This document shows, piece after piece, positions 20,101-28,029 of a DNA stretch of 64,000 nt (position 1 is its first letter; the number at the start of each line of letters is the position of its first letter). The notes below the pieces were generated by a model. That model was given only the letters and a program-made list of their open reading frames with translations. It made no database searches and had not been told where the DNA came from. Origin of the DNA: Candidatus Cloacimonadales bacterium (GTDB lineage Bacteria > Cloacimonadota > Cloacimonadia > Cloacimonadales > JAFGVF01); NCBI GenBank assembly GCA_963663475.2, contig CAXXJV010000001.1, positions 2,831,422 through 2,895,421 on the forward strand. The letters run 5' to 3'. The position numbers were made by a program, and so were the translations under genes.

Positions 20101-21203
20101 GGTAAACTTTGTTCTTGCTGAATCTCATCATTTACATTAGTAACTTGCACCAGAATATTCTGATTAGTTTCATATCCATAGCTATCAGAAATTATTAAAT
20201 TTATCTCTTTACTTCCAAACCAATTTGCAAGTGCAGAAAAGCTTATTTGACCATTCTCATAAGTCAAACTAATATCTTCTTCAGCAAGCAGACTTACATA
20301 GAGGCTATCCCCTTGATTTAAATCACCATCAGAAACATAGTCCAAAAGACTGTAAGCAAGTAAGCTTTGATCTTCAGCCCAAACTAGATCTTCAAAAGGA
20401 TAATCAATTTGGGGGGCTTGAGGATTATTGGCTATAAATAAATTTAGATCTAATTCTGAAGATAAATTATCTTCATTTTCAGCAATAAGAGTCATAGAAT
20501 AACTTCCTGCTGAATAATAATCTGTTTGCCAGTTAAAATTAGCAGAACCATCTCCGTTATCAAGAAAGCTAGCTTGCTCAGGAAGATTAGCCAAAGATAA
20601 TGTCAAATCCCTATCAAGAGGATCTTGCACCTGCATAGTAAGGTTTAGATTATCTCCTTCAATAAAGAGGCTATCTTGCACAGGACTTATCTGAGGATAA
20701 GGTATACCTAAATAGACTCTTCCATCATGAAACTCAGCCTGAGGTTGCCCTTCATTTAGAGCAGCTAAGGCAAAGGTCAATTCTGAAATAGAATCTTCTT
20801 GTCCTTGACTTGTTATCAGAAGATTTAACATAAGACCATTATCTGTGAAAGGAGTAAGACCATAATGAGAAATTCTAACTTCATTATTTATTATATTCCA
20901 AACTGGTTGATTCCACTGGTCTGTTACTTGTCCTTGAACAACATCAATAATGTTTATGACACTAGGGTCAAAAGCAATTCTGAAATAAGTTGAATAGATT
21001 TCTTGTCCAGACAGTCCGCTAATTTCCAAGGCTAAGCTAAGAGTATCATTGAGACTCATAGCTTCTTTAGCTAAAGAAACATGGACAGAAGGGTCCAGGA
21101 TTCCAGAGTCAATCTTATTAGTACTTTGAATTGCCTGTCCTAAACTAGCCCATACTAGGATTAACAGAATCAGTGGGACTACTGATCTTTTATATTTCAT
21201 CAT
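17136..21203 (-). CDS. Large secreted multidomain protein: cohesin, Ig/cadherin-like repeats, beta-sandwich domain, FN3 repeats
   Basis: Signal peptide; FRIAFDPSVINIIDV...DNGLMLNL cohesin pattern; LPEQASFLDNGDGSANFNWQTDY; VNDEI/LNDGP cadherin-like linkers; W...Y...L...T.Y.F...D..GN FN3 motifs. Confidence 0.85.
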   Translation of the reverse strand: MMKYKRSVVPLILLILVWASLGQAIQSTNKIDSGILDPSVHVSLAKEAMSLNDTLSLALEISGLSGQEIYSTYFRIAFDPSVINIIDVVQGQVTDQWNQPVWNIINNEVRISHYGLTPFTDNGLMLNLLITSQGQEDSISELTFALAALNEGQPQAEFHDGRVYLGIPYPQISPVQDSLFIEGDNLNLTMQVQDPLDRDLTLSLANLPEQASFLDNGDGSANFNWQTDYYSAGSYSMTLIAENEDNLSSELDLNLFIANNPQAPQIDYPFEDLVWAEDQSLLAYSLLDYVSDGDLNQGDSLYVSLLAEEDISLTYENGQISFSALANWFGSKEINLIISDSYGYETNQNILVQVTNVNDEIQQEQSLPEIEIDEDYQEYSLNLNDYFFDVDNLLTYSISGNEHISCQIVDNILSLTPQEDWFGQENIVLRVEEDQVINLDGQIVNDQVSMNESLTLDLNIMVNPLNDGPVILNSFSEIQVLMNSSFILESISSYFADVDSELTYSFTGNHNISISYNDDSFEITPNPAWVGVQRVTVTASDEYNQSVSQVMLIRVQAGYQALEDFDHAGSLPLGWNASGGSWQAVNFFTDDYAMRVLNPRISRTQRLTSKSYDLSGIYELQLAFDQEYDLPFGVSAILQYSLNGFTYYNIESFTGSSTASYSVQLPQVANNADVRFRWQYTSSTLASNYWKIDNFQLTGIVGNYLPPAPVTNLNLINATSDNLSFQWTPIENNFFNQYEIAVMDGPDLTDQVFIWNGLNDGDLYIQETSSTSISNLNYNETYYFAIRSSDVSGNVSEWSEIIAATPTSKPNITFVTQEDYYFSTLNPVISLIVTDDVMVDATSLFYRFDADNNGIYDLEEDWQAISGYFNSSQLDIQLPLSVDNDGLNYKIEVKCYDSQNSLFAYSGSANEAGIEDDFTFNIDSQAPASIEDLTTTEVNSTSLSLEWTPYLADDFLSYEIYYSASPLITSEDYLFSSDSDPNLSINSTTSTTIAGLQENQRYWFAILVIDKAGNASELSNIATNVLPSQLPVFSDIQPAQIQPLPYLNSQEVNLSCKIIDAYGIDPSSVQYRIDANGNGLYDQDELWLDAFARESSLLRNRSGNMTPQGDYLLNVSVIANYLIDGTNLSFEFRAKDIDGFGYVYTGSNQIEGIEDDWILNIDSSYPQAISDLLLGLTTTSTVQIGWTPSGDDNFLGYRIYFSFQPGVNSESNYVSWDQYPQLGQVGSNLNIFDLVNLQANTQYYLRVAAVDIAGNMTFSDEITFTTSSDAKPRKPENLTLTWQEDSLILTWDPVIEDTNGNSIDDVIYDIFVSENPDFELDGSNYYDSTYDNQYIFENIGSVLPKIFFKIQAYCD

Positions 21204-21208
21204 TACCC

Positions 21209-24200
21209 CTATTTCATCAAGATCATTTTAATTGTCTTTTGATAACCATCCGCCATTTTAATCTTTGTGAAGTAAATACCACTAGACAATTCTTCTGCAT
21301 TCCAAGAAATATTATGACGTCCACTAGCTAATTCATTATCGAGTAAAGAAGTTACTTTCTGACCTTTTAAGTTATAGATATCAATTTTTACTCTCTGTTC
21401 TTTAGCGTTATAGAAACTAATGGTAGTTCTAGGATTGAAAGGATTTGGATAGTTTTGATAGACTTGACCACTAGCTTGTGTAACTTCATTATTATTACTT
21501 GTTATTGTTGAGTTATTTTCATCTACGACTAAGCTAAGAACTTGAAGATGGGATAAGTCAGCCCCATTTAGTTTTCTAAATTTAGCAATTATTGATTCAG
21601 TTGGATCTTGTAAATTAACAGAGTAGGAAGCTGTTTTTAAAAGACCTGCTTGACCATTAGCAAATGAAGTTAATCCATTTTGGGAATCAGGTGTTATAAA
21701 CTCAACAAACTCAAGAGTTTCAGGATTATATGCAACTTTTGAAGCTAGAGCATAGAAGCTTTCAGAAATTGCAATATCTAAGAAGATAAAATCTTCATCT
21801 TCATAAGTTTGATAAGTTACACATTCTGAGATAGTGTTATCTCTAGTATTTTCCCAGTTTCCTGAAACATCACCAATTGCTATTCCCATAAAAGTTCTAG
21901 GTGTGAAGGCTGGTGATAGTAAAAATTCATGGTTTTCAGGAGTAAAGACCATCTGACCAGCAGGAAATTCAGTAACCATACCAACACTATAACGAGCAAT
22001 TTGACCAGCATCATAAATATCAACATCGCCATCCCCATCAACATTACCAGCTACAATTTGATTCCCATCTAAGTTTATAAGACCTAGAGCATAACGTGCT
22101 ACCATAGAAGCATCTAATGGGCTTATCAACATTTCGGATAATGTTCCTGTAAATTCAGCAGTTAGATTATAGTCTCCATAATAATAGTCATTAAAAAGAA
22201 ACTCACCTGAGTCATTACTAGTTGTTTGCCCTTGAGAGAAACCAAGAGCAGTAACATTTACATCAGGAATTGGACCATTATTGCTATAGTAATTTGTCCA
22301 TCCTGAAACATCATAAACATTTCTTAAGGTAAAGAGTCCAGATTCTATTGTTGGTTCTGGTGAGCCGTTATTATACTGGAAGTTGTTAATTGTTATATCT
22401 GTGTTCTGTAAGTCTTGTCCAGACTCATTAACTAAGAACTTCAGCTGGAAGAGGTCTCCTGAACCATTCAAATTATCAACACTGAAACCATTAACAGCTA
22501 CTTCGCCCATAATTTGACCATTAGTATTAACTGTCCAATCTTGAGTTAAGCAAGCTTCAGTAGAAGTTTCTAGATAAGTTAATAAGGAAGGAGTAAATCC
22601 TATAGTTATCTGGAAGGAGTTTAGATCAAAGTTTTCATAAGCATTTAGGGCTTGCAGGGAAACAGAGATAGTATCACCTGCTGAAGCATAGTAGTCATCA
22701 ATTACTACTTTCAGTTCACCTACCATAACTTGTCCAGGAGCAAAAGAAGTGACTGGGCTATTAACACCATCATCTATAATAGCATAGATGTAGTACTTTC
22801 CATAAGGAGTATCAGTAAAATCCCATTCATAAGAAAAATCATTGTCTTCTTGTAAATTATTTGTAATCAAAGTTCCATTTTCATCATTTACACTATTGTA
22901 GAAAAGGCTTATTTGAGCATTATCATCATAATCTGAAGCAATCCAGGAAATAGTAGTAGATGTAGGATTGATTTCTAATGACATTGGGCTTGTAAGACTT
23001 ATGCTTGCAGGGGTATTTATTAAATCACAACCAGCCTCTGTTATTCTACTTACCATTGCTCCCTCATAATTTGCTGTACCAGCAAGATCTTGAGCTACTA
23101 ATGAATCTATACCTGTAACTTGTCCCCACCAGTTATTCTGTAAAATAGCGCTTGTATTGGCTAAATTAACAACTGAAACAAAATAGTTAAGATTGTATTT
23201 AATATTCGATATCCAAGCTCTTGGATTAGGAACATTTTGTGTGTTATACATGTTCAAGACTAAATCTGTTCGATTGGATATAAGCTCATTTATATCACCT
23301 GAAACTGTCTGTGTTGACATATCATAATAGGTATAATAACTAGAGAAGTAATAAGTAAATTCATCAACAAGATAGTTACTATCATTAGCCTCAAACCTTG
23401 TATAGTTTCGATAGTACCTGTAAGAGGATGAGGAAGTACTACAATAATAGTTATCTCCATCTTTCTTGTAGGTAATTCTCTCAATGTACATTGGTGCATA
23501 AGCAGGATTTAACTTTTCATATAAATCTAATGGCATTGTAGTAGAACCTGATGTAGTTCTCCATTCATACTCGTCTTCAGTATCATAGTCATATGAAGCT
23601 ATTTCATAACCATTATTAGTGATATTTGAGTAAGTAATTGAAGGTTCAGCCCTAAAAATTGATATACCACCAAATCTATTATCTTCTATATTACAGTAAG
23701 TAAATTCAGCAGGAACACTAGAGATACTTACACCAAATAAATTACTGGAAATTGTGGTATTGTTAAATGAAGGTACACCATTAGTTGAGCTTATTCTAAC
23801 ACCAGCACCATTGTTATTATTGACCTGACAATTGTTAAAACTAGGACTCATGTTTTCAATAAGAATTCCGTTTCCACTATTACTATTGAACCTAGAATCT
23901 GTAAAAGATACTGTTTGAGTGTTATCAAGCCATAATCCATGAGATCCACTTCTGGCTACATTGACACGTGTCCCTGCAATTGTTACTGGTGAATCAGCTT
24001 TTAATCCTAAGTTACCTGAATTACCAATGGAAAGGTCTGTCATATTTACACTTCCTGATTCGATAAACATACCATTTTGGCTAGTATTCTCAATAATAGT
24101 ATCAATAAACCTAGTCATATTTATTGTGTTATCAATCTTAACACCATATTCTTCAGAATTAATTATTTTCAAATTGTTTGCTTGTATGCCTATTCCATCT

Positions 24201-24649
24201 ATATAAATAGCCCTATTAGCATTATAAATTTCTACATGAGTTAAATTTGATTGTGATTGACTACTAGAAGAAGTGAAATTTATTCCAGCCCAGTCTTTAT
24301 GACTTGGACTTGATTCAAGAGATTGGAAAACTACCTTTTGACTAGCAGAACCTAAGGCTATCATTCTTCCTGAAACATTAATATCTATATCACCTACCCC
24401 ATCTGCATCTTGATCAATTTTAGGAATAGTTATAGTAACTCCAGCTGCAATAGTAAGTGTTACATTCTCATCAATCCATAAATCTCCAGTTACTGTTAAA
24501 TCCTCATTCCAAGTAGTGTTGCTTGTAATGTGTCCATTAATAGCAAAAATCGCAAGTAGTGTGTTTAAAATAATGATTATTAGCAAAGTCTTTTTTTGCA
24601 ATAAATTAGCAAAGGACTTATTAATAATAGAATTTTGATCAAATCTCAT
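21209..24649 (-). CDS. Secreted beta-helix protein with cohesin, dockerin-like and T9SS/FlgD-type C-terminal domain
   Basis: GHITSNTTW...DWAGI, Asn-rich PbH1 repeats, NNWWG; FQITIGFTPSLL...GSGDLFQLKF cohesin; GNVDGDGDVDIYDAGQIARY dockerin; QNYPNPFNP...SSGIYF...KMILMK. Confidence 0.88.
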   Translation of the reverse strand: MRFDQNSIINKSFANLLQKKTLLIIIILNTLLAIFAINGHITSNTTWNEDLTVTGDLWIDENVTLTIAAGVTITIPKIDQDADGVGDIDINVSGRMIALGSASQKVVFQSLESSPSHKDWAGINFTSSSSQSQSNLTHVEIYNANRAIYIDGIGIQANNLKIINSEEYGVKIDNTINMTRFIDTIIENTSQNGMFIESGSVNMTDLSIGNSGNLGLKADSPVTIAGTRVNVARSGSHGLWLDNTQTVSFTDSRFNSNSGNGILIENMSPSFNNCQVNNNNGAGVRISSTNGVPSFNNTTISSNLFGVSISSVPAEFTYCNIEDNRFGGISIFRAEPSITYSNITNNGYEIASYDYDTEDEYEWRTTSGSTTMPLDLYEKLNPAYAPMYIERITYKKDGDNYYCSTSSSSYRYYRNYTRFEANDSNYLVDEFTYYFSSYYTYYDMSTQTVSGDINELISNRTDLVLNMYNTQNVPNPRAWISNIKYNLNYFVSVVNLANTSAILQNNWWGQVTGIDSLVAQDLAGTANYEGAMVSRITEAGCDLINTPASISLTSPMSLEINPTSTTISWIASDYDDNAQISLFYNSVNDENGTLITNNLQEDNDFSYEWDFTDTPYGKYYIYAIIDDGVNSPVTSFAPGQVMVGELKVVIDDYYASAGDTISVSLQALNAYENFDLNSFQITIGFTPSLLTYLETSTEACLTQDWTVNTNGQIMGEVAVNGFSVDNLNGSGDLFQLKFLVNESGQDLQNTDITINNFQYNNGSPEPTIESGLFTLRNVYDVSGWTNYYSNNGPIPDVNVTALGFSQGQTTSNDSGEFLFNDYYYGDYNLTAEFTGTLSEMLISPLDASMVARYALGLINLDGNQIVAGNVDGDGDVDIYDAGQIARYSVGMVTEFPAGQMVFTPENHEFLLSPAFTPRTFMGIAIGDVSGNWENTRDNTISECVTYQTYEDEDFIFLDIAISESFYALASKVAYNPETLEFVEFITPDSQNGLTSFANGQAGLLKTASYSVNLQDPTESIIAKFRKLNGADLSHLQVLSLVVDENNSTITSNNNEVTQASGQVYQNYPNPFNPRTTISFYNAKEQRVKIDIYNLKGQKVTSLLDNELASGRHNISWNAEELSSGIYFTKIKMADGYQKTIKMILMK

Positions 24650-24775
24650 AATTATCTCCCAAATATAAATTATTTTTGTAGCTAATTATTGTTTATATTT
24701 GATAGATGTCAAGTATTATTATTATATAAATGTTCCTCTTGGCAACATTAACTTAACTTAAAGAATTAACATAAG

Positions 24776-24902
24776 GCGGGGAAAGTAAGATGCTTGCTTC
24801 GCAAGAATGAATAATTAAAAATGAAAAATGAAAAATAAAGCGGGGAAAGTAAGATGCTTGCTTCGCAAGAATGAATAATTAAAAATGAAAAATGAAAAAT
24901 AA
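24776..24902. repeat. Two tandem 64-bp repeats
   Basis: GCGGGGAAAGTAAGATGCTTGCTTCGCAAGAATGAATAATTAAAAATGAAAAATGAAAAATAA at 24776 and 24840. Confidence 0.9.
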
Positions 24903-24910
24903 TGAAGTGA

Positions 24911-24940
24911 CGGGAGTTGCTCACGGAGTAGCGACTTCCG
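24911..24940. repeat. REP-like hairpin
   Basis: CGGGAGTTGCT-CACGGAGT-AGCGACTTCCG. Confidence 0.6.
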
Positions 24941-24946
24941 ACACTC

Positions 24947-24988
24947 TTCACCCGAAGTCCCTTGCCTACGGCTGAGGAAGTTTGGTCT
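24947..24988. repeat. Family D short repeat, copy 1
   Basis: TTCACCCGAAGTCCCTTGCCTACGGCTGAGGAAG, similar to 53566-53606. Confidence 0.65.
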
Positions 24989-25001
24989 CCAACAAATAGC
25001 A

Positions 25002-25021
25002 GGCTCAAGTTCAAGTCAGGG
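25002..25021. repeat. Family B terminal arm
   Basis: GGCTCAAGTTCAAGTCAGGG. Confidence 0.7.
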
Positions 25022-25102
25022 ATAAGTCTTTATGAAAGTAATTCCTAAATTGAAAACCTGACACCGCTAGTGGCAGAAAATGCTTGGGAGTAAAGCTTGT
25101 GT

Positions 25103-25434
25103 GAAGTGGTTGCATCTTGCGTACACAAAAACTAGAAAGGTAGTGAGTGGATGCATCTTGCATACACAAGAGGCTCTGAAAGGATCTTTATTCTGGTGGC
25201 AAGATGCCACCAGTCCATAGCTAACTGTTTCCACAGTGCTGATAGCGGGTAGGGATACCCGTCTTCCCAGTTATGGACTGACTGCATTCCTGCTGTCAGA
25301 ACTGTGTGGAAGCAGGGATGCTTCCACTCCATAATAATTTCTGCTGTCAGAACTGTGTGGAAGCAAGGATGCTTCCACTCCATAATAATTCCTGTTTGTC
25401 AGATTTTTGTGGAAGCAGGGATGCTTCCACTCCA
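25103..25434. repeat. Cluster of ~8 related REP palindromes incl. 51-bp tandem triplet
   Basis: Consensus GGA(C/G)TG-NNN-GCATCYTGC-NNN-CA in both orientations; units at 25290, 25341, 25392. Confidence 0.8.
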
Positions 25435-25446
25435 CAAGTTAAATTA

Positions 25447-25483
25447 GTGGAATAGACTATTCTTGTTAAACAGTCTATTCCAC
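25447..25483 (-). terminator. Terminator-like hairpin after PMM/PGM
   Basis: GTGGAATAGACT...AGTCTATTCCAC 12-bp stem. Confidence 0.75.
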
Positions 25484-25495
25484 CTTTCCACTTAG

Positions 25496-26854
25496 TTATT
25501 GTTGAGCAAACTTAGCAAGTTTTTCTTCAAACAGTTCTTTAATTTCATTCATTCTTGCTTGAGTCTCAGCCTCATAGCGAAGGACTAAAACAGGGGTTGT
25601 ATTAGAGGCACGACACAAGCCCCAGCCATCTTTAAAGGTAACTCTTACGCCGTCTATAGCAATAGCTTCATAACCTTCTGAGATAAAAGCATCTTTAATT
25701 TGATCAACAATAGCAAATTTTTTCTCTTCTGGAACCTGATAATGAATTTCAGGAGTATTAAACATTTTAGGTTGGTCTTCTAAGAATCTACTTACAGGAA
25801 TATCTTTTTTAGCTGCAATTTCAGCGAAACGACAGCAGACATAGATTGCATCATCGAAGCCTAGATAACGGTCACCTAAGAAGACATGCCCAGACATTTC
25901 TCCACCGACTTTAATATCTCTTTTTTTCATTTCATTTTTAATATTGGCATGACCTGTTTTATACATAACAGGATTTCCGCCATATTTAGCTATATCATCA
26001 TAGAGATTTTTAGAACATTTCACATCAGCTAGAACAGTTGCACCAGGATTCTTTTCAAGGTAATCACGGGCAATAATATTGAGAATTTGATCACCATATA
26101 GCATATTTCCTGTTTCGTCAATAACCCCGATTCTATCAGCATCTCCATCTAAACCAAAACCTAAGTCAGCACCAATTTCTTTAACTTTAGCTATTAGGTC
26201 TGTATTATTTTTAAGGACAGTAGGGTCTGGATGGTGGTTAGGGAAGGTTCCATCTGGTTCACAGTAAAGTTCAGTTACTTGGCAACCTAAATCTCTTAAG
26301 ATACCAGGTAAGAAAGGACCACCAGCGCCATTACCGCCATCAACAACTACTTTCAATGGTCTTTGCATATCAATGTTATTAACAATGTATTTATGGTATT
26401 CAGGAATAACTTGTCTATCTTCCTTAAGTGAGCCATTACCAGTGGCAAAATCGCCTTTATCAATTATGTCGTAAATATCTTGGATTTCTTGGCCATAGAC
26501 AGAAGCTAGGCCGAGGTTAAGTTTAATTCCATTGTATTCAGAAGGGTTATGACTAGCAGTGATCATAGTACCAGCATCTACTTTATAGTACCAAATAGAG
26601 AAGTATAAAATTGGTGTAGCAGCAAAACCCACATCAATAACATCAATACCTGTCTCTCTAGCACCTTTAATAAAAGAAGCTTTATAGTCAGGAGTAGTAA
26701 GTCTTGCATCACCAGCAATTACTAGAGTTTTTTTATCTAAATTTCTTAAATAAGTACCAAAACCTTTACCAATTAAGTATAAATTTTCTACACTTAAATC
26801 TTTATCTACAAGTCCACGAATATCATATTGTCTAAAAATACTTCTGTTGAGCAT
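25496..26854 (-). CDS. Phosphomannomutase/phosphoglucomutase (AlgC-like)
   Basis: IFRQYDIRG, ITASHNP, DGDADR, GEMSGH, RASNT. Confidence 0.95.
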   Translation of the reverse strand: MLNRSIFRQYDIRGLVDKDLSVENLYLIGKGFGTYLRNLDKKTLVIAGDARLTTPDYKASFIKGARETGIDVIDVGFAATPILYFSIWYYKVDAGTMITASHNPSEYNGIKLNLGLASVYGQEIQDIYDIIDKGDFATGNGSLKEDRQVIPEYHKYIVNNIDMQRPLKVVVDGGNGAGGPFLPGILRDLGCQVTELYCEPDGTFPNHHPDPTVLKNNTDLIAKVKEIGADLGFGLDGDADRIGVIDETGNMLYGDQILNIIARDYLEKNPGATVLADVKCSKNLYDDIAKYGGNPVMYKTGHANIKNEMKKRDIKVGGEMSGHVFLGDRYLGFDDAIYVCCRFAEIAAKKDIPVSRFLEDQPKMFNTPEIHYQVPEEKKFAIVDQIKDAFISEGYEAIAIDGVRVTFKDGWGLCRASNTTPVLVLRYEAETQARMNEIKELFEEKLAKFAQQ

Positions 26855-26868
26855 ACTTATCTCTCCTT

Positions 26869-27453
26869 TTATCTTTGATAGTACTTTTTAATGTCTTCTT
26901 TTATTAAGAAGAAAGCCTTAGCTCTGTGGCTAAGCATATTTTTTTCTTTATCGCTCATTTGCGCATATGTTTTATTTGCTTCATTTACATGGAAAATTGG
27001 ATCATAACCAAATCCAGAATCACCAATTTCTTCTTGGGTAATTTGGCCAGGGACAATTCCTTGAGCAGTAGCAATCAGTCCATTTTTATCAGCTAGGGCA
27101 ACAACTGTCCTGAATTCAGCATAGCGGTCATTTTGATCTTTCATTTCAGCTAACATTTTTTTCCTATTATCTTCATAAGAACAAGATTCGCCAGCATAAC
27201 GGGCAGAATAAACACCTGGTCTATCATTTAAAGCACGGACAAATAATCCTGTATCATCTGCCACAGTTAATAAGCCTGTATATTGAGCATTCTCAATAGC
27301 TTTTTTAACAGCATTTTCCGTGATGGTGTCTTTATCTTCTATAACTTCAGGAGCCTGAGGATACTCGGTTAAGGAAACAATTTCATAGTCCTTAAGAATA
27401 TCTCTAATTTCTTTAATTTTGTCTTTATTTTTGGAACCAATAAATACTTTCAT
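26869..27453 (-). CDS. rdgB: Non-canonical purine NTP pyrophosphatase (Ham1/RdgB)
   Basis: SKNKDK, ADDTGL, PGVYSARY, GFGYDPIF, SHR; start ATG 27453. Confidence 0.95.
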   Translation of the reverse strand: MKVFIGSKNKDKIKEIRDILKDYEIVSLTEYPQAPEVIEDKDTITENAVKKAIENAQYTGLLTVADDTGLFVRALNDRPGVYSARYAGESCSYEDNRKKMLAEMKDQNDRYAEFRTVVALADKNGLIATAQGIVPGQITQEEIGDSGFGYDPIFHVNEANKTYAQMSDKEKNMLSHRAKAFFLIKEDIKKYYQR

Positions 27454-28013
27454 TAAGCCTTCTTCCATATCCATTTTCTTATTTTCTTTAGCACATTTTT
27501 ATCAAGAAATTGGTCAGATTTATCTAGAAGTGTTCTAATTAAATCTATAATGTTTTCTTTACCAGACCAATTTTCAATAATCACATGATCTTTAACATTA
27601 TTAAGTAGGTTGTCTAGGGCGAAAATTACTAAGAATAAGTCATCAGTATATCCGATAAAGGGGATAAAATCTGGGATAATATCAATAGGAGATATTAAAT
27701 AAGTAACAACTGCAGCTAAAAAAACTTTTTTGCCAGCTGGTACTCTTTTATCAACAATGAGCCTAGAAACTAAAATAAACAAGTCTGGCAAGAGCATAAG
27801 ATACTGGGCAATTTCGTTACCTGCTTTACCTGTTCTCTTACTAGTCCATTTATCAATCTTGCTTCTCATTTTTTCATAAAATTTGAACTTTCTATCTCCT
27901 AGAAGTTTCACTTCTTCAAAGTCTTTTTGATTAAACTCACTTTCTGAGCATTCAATCACTTCATCTATCTCTGGGTCTTTTCCTTGAGTTTCATCTACTT
28001 TTTCATCTTGCAT
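27453..28013 (-). CDS. DUF1232 (YkvA-like) membrane protein
   Basis: YLISPIDIIPDFIPFIGYTDD. Confidence 0.9.
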   Translation of the reverse strand: MQDEKVDETQGKDPEIDEVIECSESEFNQKDFEEVKLLGDRKFKFYEKMRSKIDKWTSKRTGKAGNEIAQYLMLLPDLFILVSRLIVDKRVPAGKKVFLAAVVTYLISPIDIIPDFIPFIGYTDDLFLVIFALDNLLNNVKDHVIIENWSGKENIIDLIRTLLDKSDQFLDKNVLKKIRKWIWKKA

Positions 28014-28029
28014 AAGATCTCCTTCAAAA

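Noticed and set aside
23170..23610. Diversity-generating retroelement target
   Set aside because: No template repeat or reverse transcriptase is visible in the window
24764..24791. dif-like site (TTATGTTAATT on minus strand resembles the XerD arm)
   Set aside because: No XerC-like arm at 6-bp spacing
24766..25383. ORFs 24766-25014 and 25132-25383
   Set aside because: They are translations of tandem/REP repeats with no protein-like features
25290..25434. CRISPR array (three palindromic repeats at ~51-bp spacing)
   Set aside because: Intervening sequences are near-identical rather than unique spacers, no cas genes are nearby, and the repeat belongs to the local REP family
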